DNA from: an uncultured Gemmatimonadales bacterium
Lineage (GTDB): Bacteria > Gemmatimonadota > Gemmatimonadetes > Gemmatimonadales > GWC2-71-9
Reading direction: 5' to 3'
Assembly: GCA_963842945.1 (NCBI GenBank)
Contig: CAWJIM010000019.1
Span: 672,001-736,000 of the forward strand
Length of the DNA stretch: 64,000 nucleotides
Shown: positions 28,241 to 38,443 of the stretch, one piece after another
How positions within the stretch are numbered: position 1 is the stretch's first letter
Layout of the letters: every line of letters starts with the position of its first letter
The notes under the pieces: model-generated
Seen by the model: the letters and a program-made list of their open reading frames with translations, nothing else
Databases searched by the model: none
Told to the model about the DNA's origin: nothing
Translations under genes and position numbers: made by a program

Positions 28241-30421
28241 CTAGATAGCCGAGCGGCGCAGCAGCTGGGCATTCACGGCCACGATGATTGTGCTCAGTGA
28301 CATCAGGACTGCTCCAATAGCAGGCGAGAGCAGGATGCCTTGCCGTGCCAATACCCCGGCGGCAAGCGGGATCGCCACCACGTTGTAGCCTGCCGCCCAC
28401 CACAGGTTCTGGACCATCTTCCGGTAGGAGGCCCTGCTGAGCCGCACGATGCGCGGCACGTCTCTGGGGATCGCTCCGAACCAGCACGATGTCCCCAGCC
28501 TCAACTGCGACGTCGGTGCCAGCGCCGATGGCCACGCCAACATCGGCCGAGACCAAGGCCGGGGCATCGTTGACCCCGTCGCCCACCATGCCGACCCTTT
28601 CACCGGCTCGCTGAAGTTCTTGAATCTTGTTGACCTTGTCTTGCGGCAAGACCTCGGCGAACACTGTGTCGATGCCCAGCTCGGCAGCCACGGCCTCCGC
28701 CACCGGGCGTGCATCGCCGGTCAGCATCACCACTCTGATGCGCTGGTCGTGCAGCTCCTCGACCGCTGCCTTGGATTCCGGGCGTACCACATCCGCCACG
28801 ATGAACACGGCCAGCGCTTGCACGCTATGCTCACTGCCCGCTTCCTCGGCCAGGAAGATGGCGGCCTGTCCTCGCCTCGCGGCCTGATCCATGGCTGTGC
28901 GCAGGGAATCGGGAACAACAACAGAGCGCGCCTTGAGCAACGCCGGGCCCCCTATCAATAGCGTCCGACCATCAACCCGCGCGCTGACCCCTACGCCGGG
29001 AATGGCGCGGAAGTCGGTGGCTGGCGGCGAGACGATTCCCCGTTCCTTGGCAGACCGGACGATGCCCTGTGCGATGGTGTGCTCCGAGTCCCTCTCGACC
29101 GCTGCTGCCAGCTGCAGCGCCTCCTCGTCGGTAATGCCACCAGCGGTGGCGATGCCGACCACACCGAACTCGCCCCGCGTCAGGGTTCCGGTCTTGTCGA
29201 AGACCATGGCGGTGAGATTGCGGGCCTCCTCCAAGCCGCGCCGGTCCCGCACCAGGAGCCCAGCCCGTGCGCCCAGCGTGGTGGAGATGGCAATGACCAG
29301 CGGCACGGCCAGGCCAAGGGCATGGGGGCAGGAGATCACCAGCACGGTGACCAGGCGCTCGACCGCGAACGCGGGATCGCCTCGGATGGTCATCCACGCC
29401 ACGAACGTCGCCGCCCCCGCGACGATGGCCGCAATGGTGAGCCAGAATGCCGCCCGGTCAGCCAAAGCCTGCGCCCGCGAGCGTGAGGACTGCGCCTGTT
29501 CGACCAGGCGCATGATGCCAGCGAGGGCGGTCTGTTCGCCCGTGCCGGTGACGCGGACACGTAGCGACCCAGCACCGTTTACCGTTCCGGCGATCACACG
29601 GTCGCCCGGGCCTTCTTCACTGGTCGCGACTCGCCAGTGATCATGGACTCGTTGACCTCGCTCGCACCCTCCTCAACTACGCCATCGGCCGGGATACTCG
29701 CGCCGGGGCGTACCAGCACGAGGTCTCCGACCTTGAGCGCGCTGATCGGGACTTCCTCGACCTCCTCACCCGCCACTCGGAGCGCGGTGTTCGGCAGGAG
29801 CTTCGCCAGCTCACGTAGGGCACCCTGGGCCTGGGAAATCGACCGCATCTCGATCCAGTGGCCCAGGAGCATGATCGTGACCAGCGTGGACAGCTCCTCC
29901 CACAGCGGCATGCCCGGATAGCCCAGCGTCACGGCCGCGCTGAAGACGAACGCGACTGAGATGGCCAAGCCGATCAGCGTCATCATGCCGGGAAGCCGGG
30001 CGCGCAGCTCACGCCAGGCACCCTGGAGGAACACGAGTCCGCCGTAGAGGAACACCGCCGTCCCGAACACCGGCGCGATCCACTGTTGGCCGGGCAGATT
30101 GGGTGGTGTGTACCCGAGCGCCCGGGGCAGCATGTGGCCCCAGCACGAGCGTCGGAAGGGTGAGCGCCAGCGAGATCCAGAACTTGTCCCGGAACATCGC
30201 TACGCTGTGACCCGCATGTTTGTCGTGGCCTTCGTGCCCTGGATGCTCATTGTGTCCGCCGTGGCCCAGGTGGCCAGCGTGGCCTGTCATTTCTGGGTGT
30301 TCGGGGTGGCCCACCGCGACTGGCTCCTCGGCCATGGCACCGTGAACGTGATCATGAGCATGCCCCGGGGCGGTTGCCCATCGCCATTCCCTCCGGATGG
30401 CCGATCGGTGTGGTCCCTCAT
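28241..30421 (-). CDS. copB: Copper-exporting P1B-type ATPase (CopB/P1B-3-like); several frameshifts
   Basis: His-rich N-terminus, [26 protein letters not shown] (CPH), [22 protein letters not shown] and MSLST, spread over ORFs 30009, 29594, 28185, 28241. Confidence 0.9.
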
Positions 30422-30947
30422 GTCGCACTCATCTCCCTGGAAGTCTGCGCTCGGGCGCTCCCGATCCTGCCCCACGGCTTGTACACCGACAGTGCGGTGA
30501 CGGTGAGCAAGACCAGAAGGCCACCCACCGCATGCACCACGAGCTGGATGCGCAACAGCCTGAAGTCGCCGGTGGACAATGTCGTGGCCACTGCGATTCG
30601 GGCCATGCGACTCACGTTCGGGATGTGCATCAACAAGACGCCCGTGGCGACCGTCGTCAGAACGAGCTTCGCCACGATCCAGTAGTGACGGAACAGCCCC
30701 CACTCCGTCCCAAGTGCCTGAACGACTCCTGAGATCAGGGTGGCGAGGCTCGACGGAATGATGACAGCCCATCCAATCGGCTCCATGCTCCGATAGGCGG
30801 CGCGTGCCATGTCGTCGTCTCGGCTGACGATGCCGACAACCGCGAGGGACAGGTAGCGGCAGCCGCGCCGAGCCAGCCAACCGATACGGTGACGTGCGAC
30901 GTCAAGACGAACTTGCGTAGGCGAGACGACATCATTCGTGGGCTCAT
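30418..30947 (-). CDS. DUF2269-like membrane protein; frameshift near 30860
   Basis: LRKFVLTSHVTVSVGWLGA; LGTEWGLFRHYWIVAKLVLT; LSVYKPWG. Confidence 0.7.
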
Positions 30948-30997
30948 AAGACTCACCTCAGTGCTGGTTCCGCACGGTAATGGTTAGGCTTGACGGC

Positions 30998-32471
30998 CTA
31001 CTCGTGCTCGTGATCGGGCATTACACCTCTGGGCATGCCCTCCTCCGGGTTCTCATCCCGATCTCCAGCGTGCGCCCGCTGCAGCAGCGTCGGCCGTAGC
31101 CGGACGTACAGCGCGAGGCCAGCAGGTGTGCGGGTGCCATAGGTGTCCTTGAGATCCTGGGGCACGAGGTTGAGCGAGCCCCGGAGACCCAGGCCGAGAC
31201 TCGCGCCGCCGTACTGCACGACCTCCCGCACATAACCGAGCACGAGGCTGGACACGTTGAAGCGGGTCTCTGGGTTGATACCCGGCACGACCAGCTCCTC
31301 GGCGCTTTTCTGTACCCACTCGGCCCGGCCGAAGATGCTGTTCCGCTGGTCGAGCTGCAGGTTGGTCTCCAACAGGAGGCTGTGCTCGAACCCCTGCGAC
31401 GGCTCTCTCGGCACCGTGTGCTTGTTTGCGCCGTAGACCAGCGCGCTGGCCCAATCGCCATCGCGGGCGATTCGCCTGGTGTACAGGATAGACGCACTGA
31501 GCCGGTGCTGGTTTTCGTCGGGGTGCAGCTCCTCGGGACTCTTGAGGTAACCGTAGCTGGCCGCCATGCTCCAGTGCGGGGTCGGATTCGCTGTCAATCG
31601 CCCGCCGTAGGAGTCGAGCGCGCCGAAGTCGAAGTCGTAGCGGTCGTCATCGGGCTCGCGGCCCTGGAAAAGCGTGCCTTCCACCTGCACGGTGCGCGTG
31701 AATACGCCCGCCGTGACGACACCGTAGGTAATGTGGGTCGCGTCTTGCCAATGGTGCCCAAGTGGGGCGAACGGGTCGTTCTGGGCCGATGGACGGTGCA
31801 TGTAGGCCACCGGCCCGATGGCGGGCTCGCCAACAGGGGCCGCGAAGATTGAGACGCCGAGATTCCTCCCGACGGGCACCTCGTAGCGCGCGGAAAGCTC
31901 CATGAACAGATCGTGCGGGTGCTGCCGATCCCGGAGCGGCTCGCCTTGGTACGACTCGCCGGTCTGAAGCAAGCAGCGGGTAGCCGCGAGCGCCGACGGT
32001 GAGCGGTTCAGCGCTGAGCATTCCATGCAGGTGGAGCATACCGCGCCCGACCGGACGCATGGCCATGAGCATCGCCCAGTTGGTGCTGCCGACCTGGTCG
32101 TCACCCCGCACTGTGCCTTGGTGGTCGTAGTACAAGGCCACATCTCCATGGACCATCAGCGTCCAGCGGTCGGCCATGAAGTGGTAGGCACGCATCGGAG
32201 ACGCGTCGGGTAGCCATGACGTGCCGGAGCCCATCCTGGTCATGGGAATACCGAGCGGGCGCGGCGGCATCCCCATGCCCGGCATCTGCCCGGTGTTGGT
32301 GGTGTCACGCATGGCCATGGAGTCGGCTGACGTGTCTGCGTGCTCGGGCTGGTGGTGATGCTCGTGCTGCTGGGCACCGGCCACGGACCGAGCCCAGAGC
32401 AGGGCCAAGGCCAGCATCAGGAGCGCGTGCGGGTGCCCGGCCGCTTTTCGCCTGGCCAGTCGGTCAGGCAT
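30998..32471 (-). CDS. Putative outer-membrane protein with His/Met-rich N-terminus; frameshift near 31975
   Basis: Signal, QQHEHHHQ, GSGTSWLPDASPM, QTGESY, DRQHPHDLFMELS, LGHHWQDATHI; amphipathic beta-strand pattern. Confidence 0.75.
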
Positions 32472-32525
32472 CGTGATCCTCCTAGTCGTGGTGACCCTGG
32501 TGCCCGTGCGGCCCAGGTGAGCGGA

Positions 32526-32939
32526 CTAGGCGATCAGTTGTGGGGGTGGAGTATCCGGTGGAGGAAACGGCGGAGTGGGCCTGCCGACGGGCGAGATCGA
32601 CCGCCACCCGGTGGCTAGAAGGTCATCAACTGTCGCACGCGATGGTGGGACCGCCGTGCTGGACGACCCGGTGCATGGCGAAACCTGGGCGCACTCGGAC
32701 GCGGGACAGTGGGCGCACCCGTGATCGTGGCGCTGGCTCCAAGATTGAAGGTCGTGTTCGTGTGCCATCGAGGACGAGGCTGCATGCTGCCCGGCCCGCT
32801 CGTGTTGGGCGCAGTGGGGCCGTTGCAAGGCGTCCACCCCGACGCTCGGCGTGGCTACGATGCCCAGGGCGAGCATGAGCAGACGAAGGACCCGAGAGGG
32901 CCACGAGTTGGGTGTTCCGACCATCATGATTGGGACCAT
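32526..32939 (-). CDS. Small His/Cys-rich protein (DUF2946-like architecture)
   Basis: TM segment, HCAQH, HDHGCAHCPASEC..C and Pro-rich end PDTPPPQ, upstream of the OM protein gene. Confidence 0.55.
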   Translation of the reverse strand: MVPIMMVGTPNSWPSRVLRLLMLALGIVATPSVGVDALQRPHCAQHERAGQHAASSSMAHEHDLQSWSQRHDHGCAHCPASECAQVSPCTGSSSTAVPPSRATVDDLLATGWRSISPVGRPTPPFPPPDTPPPQLIA

Positions 32940-33196
32940 AGGCGCACCGACAATAAATCGCAAATGGAGCACGCCACCCCGGTAGCGTCCGGTTTTGACT
33001 GTAACACCTCCTATCTGTAGGTTGGTGGTGGCAAGCATCCCCGCCGGGGAGGACCTATGGCAGGGGCCAACTGCGGTTGCACCAAGGGCTGTTGCGATAC
33101 AGGGTGTTGCTGCGGTACCAGCGCCTGCGAGTGCGGGTGAGCGCGGCGGGCGACTGAGCGAAGGCCGGGGAGCGTCCCCTGCCTTCTTCCGTTCTG

Positions 33197-33295
33197 CTAC
33201 TCCACCCGCGCCGTCGCGGGGTCCATGAGCGCGAAGATGTCCTTCACCGTCCAAACCCATAGGGCATCGCGCCCCGATGGCCACCGGGCGTTTTG
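33197..33295 (-). pseudogene. Degenerate C-terminus of an IS1-like/DDE transposase
   Basis: Across shifted frames KTP-VAIGA...VWTVKDIFALMDP, resembling the TPAMAAG..DHVWT.EEI..L terminal motif; recognised by eye only. Confidence 0.35.
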
Positions 33296-33319
33296 TATAA
33301 GTCAAAACCGGACACCAAC

Positions 33320-33348
33320 CGGAATCTACGGACCGAGGGTCCAATGGG
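33320..33348 (+). repeat. 29-bp direct repeat, right of the copper module
   Basis: Identical to 27286..27314; contains GAGGG RBS and the ATG of the next ORF. Confidence 0.9.
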
Positions 33349-33511
33349 AGCAAGATCGAAGGGGAACCCACCCCGGAAGCGGGGACCGAAGCCAGACACC
33401 TTGGTCCTGCCCGGCAAGTGGGAGAAGAACGTCGGGAAGGCCCTCAAGAAGCCACCGCCCAAGGCCAGCTGGCCCAAGCCACCGAACAAGAAGGGCCGGG
33501 GCGGCAGGTAG
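33344..33511 (+). CDS. Small Lys/Pro-rich basic protein (55 aa)
   Basis: MGARSKGNPPRKRGPKPDTLVLPGKWEKNVGKALKKPPPKASWPKPPNKKGRGGR; RBS upstream and hairpin plus T-run at the end. Confidence 0.55.
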   Translation: MGARSKGNPPRKRGPKPDTLVLPGKWEKNVGKALKKPPPKASWPKPPNKKGRGGR

Positions 33512-33527
33512 CCCCGGCCTTCGTTTT
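33494..33527 (+). terminator. Rho-independent terminator candidate
   Basis: ggccggggc-N8-gccccggcc followed by ttcgtttt. Confidence 0.55.
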
Positions 33528-33550
33528 GACTTCTTGCCTAGCCCTGTGCG

Positions 33551-33694
33551 TCAAGTACCTACTCCTGGTTTTTTCACTACTTGTAAACCCGCTTCGTTCC
33601 ACGCGATCCAGCCACCGACCAGCGCTCTGGCCTTCCTCCATCCCGCCTTTCGGAGCTCTCGCGCCACCCGGGCGCTTGTGGCTTCGTCCTTTCA
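33551..33694 (-). pseudogene. Second displaced 3' end of the antiporter-rhodanese gene (internal att-like, copy B)
   Basis: TGA then KDEATSARVARELRKAGWRKARALVGGWIAWNEAGLQVVKKPGVGT*; first 44 nt identical to copies A and C. Confidence 0.85.
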
Positions 33695-33784
33695 GGAGAA
33701 CGATCTACTAACACCAAGTGTCCGCGGATCCTGCCCGTCGGCCTTGTACTGGATCGGGAGCGGCAGGACACGCGGATCGTCGGG

Positions 33785-33810
33785 CGTCGCAGGCCCACTT
33801 GCACGACCGG
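33785..33810. repeat. 26-bp direct repeat, copy 2
   Basis: Identical to 26438..26463. Confidence 0.9.
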
Positions 33811-33902
33811 AAATACCTTTCCGCTTTGCTCTGGCCGCTGCCAATGCCCAGCACTATCCTTTCTCAACTTCCCATTCCGACGTCCAATGCGACAGGCCCT
33901 GA

Positions 33903-36843
33903 GTGGCAGCGCTGCCTGACGACCTGCAGGCGGCACTCGCCGACCGCTACAGAATTGACCGCGAGCTGGGTCGCGGTGGCATGGCCACGGTCTACCTCGT
34001 CCACGACCTGAAGCACGATCGCCGGTCGCTCTCAAGGTGATGCACCCAGAGCTTGCCCCCTCCTCGGGCCTGAACGGTTCCTGCGGGAGATCAGGTTCGT
34101 GGCGCGGCTTCAACACCCCCACATCATCACCGTGCTGGACTCCGGCGAAGCCGCCGGGCAGCTCTGGTACACGATGCCCTACATACGGGGCGAGACCTTG
34201 CGCCAGCGACTGCGCCAGGAAGTGCAGCTGCCGGTTGAAGCGGCCGTGGACATCGCTCGGCAGGTGGCGCTCGCGCTCGACTACGCGCACCGCGAGGGGG
34301 TGGTCCACCGCGATCTGAAGCCTGAGAACATCCTCCTGACAGAAGACCAGGCGCTAGTCGCGGACTTTGGAGTGGCCAAGGGGCTGGAGGCAGGCGGCCG
34401 GGCGCAGCTCACCGAGACGGGGATGGCCGTAGGTACCCCCACCTACATGTCCCCCGAGCAAGCCAGCGGCGGGGCAGTGGATGCTCGCTCAGACGTCTAC
34501 GCACTCGCCTGCGTGCTTTACGAAATGCTCGCGGGCGAACCGCCCTACACTGGCTCCACGCCCCAAGCCATCTTCGCCAAGCGAGTCTTGGAGCCGGTGC
34601 CGCACGTGCGCACGCTGCGTCAGAGCGCGCCGGAAGGGGTCGAGCAGGCGATCACGAAGGCGCTCGCGACGGTCCCGGCGGATCGGTTCCAGAGCGCCGC
34701 AGAGTTCGCCCGGTCGCTCATGGTGGCACCTCCGACGGAGGTAGTGGCCGCCACTCCCGCCGCGCCTCAGGTTACTCCAAAGAGCGAACGGCAGGGAATG
34801 CCGCGCCGGTTCCTGGCTCTCGGCCTGGCGACGATTCTCGCCCTGGGAGCCGGGGGCGCGTTGCTGTTGCGCTCTAGGGCCACCCCTGCGGCGCTTGATG
34901 CTGACCTTGTGGCTGTCGCCCCGTTCGACGTACTCTCGCCCGGCCTTGAGCTGTGGCGTGAAGGTCTGGTGGATCTCCTGGCGCGCAGCCTCGACGGTGC
35001 GGGCCCACTCCGCACCGTCTCCCCGACGGTAGTCATCCGCCGGTGGGATGGCCGGGCGGACCGATCCTCAGCTGAGGCGCTCGCACGGCGCACGGGAGCC
35101 GGACTCGTTATTTACGGGTCGGTCGTGCCCGAGAGCCGCGATTCGGTTCGGGTAACAGCCGCCGTACTCGACGCCGGACGCGCCGAGGCCGCCGCCGAGG
35201 CCGAGGTGCGCGGCCCCGCCGACCAGCTCGCACGGCTCGGCGACTCCCTTGCCCTGCGATTGCTCGCTGAGCTTGGGCGCGCCCGACCGCTGAGCGCGGC
35301 GCGCTCGGGCGGAGTCGGCTCGCGCTCACTGCCGGCTGTCCGAGCCTTCCTGCGGGGGGAACAGTGGTTTCGGCGCACCGCGTGGGACTCGGCCCGGGCG
35401 AGCTATGAACGTGCGGTTGAGCTGGACAGCACTTTCGCGCTCGCGTATTGGCGGCTCGGTGCCGTTCGCGACTGGCAAGATGGCTTCAGTGGACTCCCTC
35501 TCGCGGGCCTACTATCGCCTCGCTGGCGAGCGCAACCACGGGCTCCCACCCCGAGAGAGCCTGCTGATGACGTTCGACTCATTGAAGGGGACCCTCCTCG
35601 ACGAGGGCTTTCTCTCCGACTCAGCCTCGGAGCAGCAGGTGCAGCGGCTGTTCCGTATTGCCGAGGAGACGACGCGACGGTATCCGAATGACCCAGAAGG
35701 TTGGGTGGCGCAAGGCGAGGCGGGAGTGCACTTCGGTGCGGGCCGAGGGGTAAGCGATGAGACAACCCTCAGCGCGTTTGCCCGTGCCATCGCGTTGGAT
35801 TCGGCCTACGCTCTGAGTTACATCCACGCATGGCAGCTGGCAGCGTCGCTCGACGACTGGCCTACGGCCCGCCAGTACGCACTGGGCTTTCTCGCCCTAC
35901 GCCCGGGGCGGAAAGAGGCGATCGCTGCGCGGACGGCCATCCACATACTCAATCGGCCCCCGGCGGGCGAGGTAGGCCGCCTGTTGGACACAATTCCCCT
36001 GCACGTCCTTATCGCTGTCGTCAACGCGCTTCGTAGCCACCACCGACTCCGAGGAGGTCGGGGTGGCAGTCGGTCGGGCGTTCGTCGCCGCGCCGCCGAC
36101 CCCAGACGGGCCAGAACTAGATAGAGAGACTCGGGAGGCTCTTTTTGCGGCCACCCTCGCCTATCGTGGGCATCTTCGGGAAGCCTCCCGGCTCCTCGCC
36201 CGCCACCCCGGGGTCATGGCGTGGGGTACGTTCACCGAGTTGGCGCTGCTAGGGCTGATACCGGCGGACACTGTGGACGCCGTGTTCGAGCGCCAACTTC
36301 GCGAGGGTCCTACTCGCCATGCGATCGGGCACCACCTCCGTCTCGGTTTCCCGCTTCCATGGTGGGCCGTTAGGCGCGACACTACCAGGCTCAAGCGCTA
36401 TGCCTCGCGTCTCAGCTGGCGAGGACCGGCGGAGAACGTGCCGCTATTGGATCGCTATCTGCATGCGGCCTCGAACGCCTACCTGTCGCTTGCCCGAGGC
36501 GACTCGGCGGAGGCGGCGGCTCGCTTCCAAGCCCTCCCGGCAACGGTGGGAATGGTGTGGTACGAGCGGCTGACGCTCGCACGCTTGCTTGCGGCGCTCG
36601 GGCGAGAACGCGAGGCACTGGACGTGCTAGACCGCGAGTTCCCGTCTGGGGCTTGCCATCTCTGCACGTGGCACGTGGGCCTTGGAGCGGGCGCGCTTGG
36701 CCGAGAAACTGGGCCAGCCCGAGAAGGCCCGTCACTGGTACGGCTTTGTAGCCCGGCTGTGGCGGCACGGCGACCCTGAGCTGCGGCCTGCCGTGGACGA
36801 AGCGCGTGAGGCGCTGACGCGACTTACCGGCGAGCCGCAGTGA
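33903..36843 (+). CDS. Ser/Thr protein kinase with TM helix, TolB-like and TPR regions; multiple frameshifts
   Basis: LADRYRIDRELGRGGMATVY, HRDLKPEN, DFG, GTPTYMSPE, VAVAPFDV, LDSTFALAYWRL, ends WRHGDPELRP; ORFs 34099, 35405, 36063. Confidence 0.88.
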
Positions 36844-36890
36844 CCTGTACCTGCTTCTTCGTTGGGTTTGGCTACTGCATCGCGTGCCCG

Positions 36891-37487
36891 CTACTCAGGC
36901 TCGTGGCCGTGATGCAAGGATCGCAGAGGGGGCTGGAGCGCCATGCGGCGGCGAAGCTCCATCAAGGCGATCATGAGATCGCCGCTCTTGGCCATCTGAT
37001 CTCTTGCGATCGTCCGTTGTCGTTCGGCCAATGAGCGCGATTCGGCGGCATCCGCACGCGCTTGCCGCGCCTGCCGACGCATCGCTTGCGAGCTGAGGAC
37101 CAGCGGCGCAAGCGTTCGCACCAACTCCTCTGGCTCGAACGGCTTCCGCAGGAAGGGCACCGGAAGGAGGTCGGGTGGGAGGTCGACCGCTGCCGACATG
37201 GCCACGACGGGTAATGCAGGGCGGCATTCCATGAGTACCGCGATCAATTCGGAGCCGGATACGACCGGCATCTTCAGGTCGGTCAGGACCACGTCGAGCA
37301 GCTGAGCCTCGTCCCGCTCAATCACCCGAATGGCATCCTCGCCGTCGGCGGCCTCGATCACGGAGGTTCGCTCCAGCTGCAGCATCCTGCGGAGTGATCG
37401 GCGCAGCGATGGATCGTCGTCCACGATGAGCAAGGTCGCTCCGTCGGGGATCTGGAAGCACGTGGTCTGGGTATCCACATTGCTCAT
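36891..37487 (-). CDS. Response regulator receiver with C-terminal coiled coil
   Basis: LIVDDD, VVLTDLKMPVVSG, FLRKPF. Confidence 0.85.
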   Translation of the reverse strand: MSNVDTQTTCFQIPDGATLLIVDDDPSLRRSLRRMLQLERTSVIEAADGEDAIRVIERDEAQLLDVVLTDLKMPVVSGSELIAVLMECRPALPVVAMSAAVDLPPDLLPVPFLRKPFEPEELVRTLAPLVLSSQAMRRQARQARADAAESRSLAERQRTIARDQMAKSGDLMIALMELRRRMALQPPLRSLHHGHEPE

Positions 37488-37594
37488 AATGCGCTTCCGT
37501 GTCCAAGCTGCCCTGACCACCAAAGTATGCACTCGGTGCCCCGGATGCACAGATGTGTTGCCGATCACAGAGGGCGGGCGGAAAGGCTCTATCT

Positions 37595-37792
37595 ATGGCC
37601 ACATGTCGGCAACAGACTCACCTTCCGATCCGCCCGACCGGTCCCGCGTTCTCCGCTGGTACCAGCGAGGATCTCCGCCAGCACTCCCGCACGCTCCGCC
37701 AGCACGCACGCCGGCTGATCGAGAGCAGCCGCGAGCTTCGGGACCGCCTAGGCAGCTTCCTCAAGCCACCCCCGCCCACCCAGTCAGCCTGA
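37595..37792 (+). CDS. Possible small coiled-coil protein
   Basis: SEDLRQHSRTLRQHARRLIESSRELRDRL heptad pattern; start uncertain. Confidence 0.35.
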   Translation: MATCRQQTHLPIRPTGPAFSAGTSEDLRQHSRTLRQHARRLIESSRELRDRLGSFLKPPPPTQSA

Positions 37793-37868
37793 CCCCCACG
37801 CTTCGCCGTGCGTCAGGGGCGGCCCGGAGACAGCGCGGATCAGATGATCCGCGTTTGTCCTTTCGGGG

Positions 37869-38261
37869 TCATGCCTCCCTTCGCATTGGTCGCTCCGCCA
37901 TGGCCAGCGCCACTGATTCCAGCAGCGCCCCAATGCTGAACGGTTTGCGGAGCGTGGGCACCGCCTCAGCGTGCGGTCCGATGGGCCTGGCGAGATCGTC
38001 CAGGTGGAGGATGGGAAGATGGGGGAACAAGCGCCGCAAGTGGCCGATCAACTGTTCACCACTCATGTGCGGCATGTAGCTGTTGGTGAGGACCAGATCG
38101 AACGAGATACCCGCCGTCTTGGCCGCCGTCAGACCTGCCTCGCCATCCCCTACTGCAACGACCTCGTAGCCCGCTTCCTCTAAGGCGCGCACGATGAGTG
38201 CGCGGACGGCGGGCTCGTCGTCCACCACAAGAATGCGGGACGGTCGGTCGGTCGGCGGCAT
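37869..38261 (-). CDS. Single-domain receiver with Asn at the phosphoacceptor position
   Basis: ILVVDDE, DLVLTNSYMPHMSG, LRKPF. Confidence 0.85.
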   Translation of the reverse strand: MPPTDRPSRILVVDDEPAVRALIVRALEEAGYEVVAVGDGEAGLTAAKTAGISFDLVLTNSYMPHMSGEQLIGHLRRLFPHLPILHLDDLARPIGPHAEAVPTLRKPFSIGALLESVALAMAERPMRREA

Positions 38262-38443
38262 GGGCCGGTCGGTGCGGTCAGGGCAAGTAATCCGATATTC
38301 TACGCCGGACACTCAGCGCCGTCCATGGCCCAAATTGCCTATACCTCCCGGGCCGACAGCCCCAGCCCTAGTGCTCTACTGCACGCCGCCGAAGGGTGCA
38401 GTAGAGCACAAGCGTGTTCAATCCCGCTCAAACCAAGGGGATC

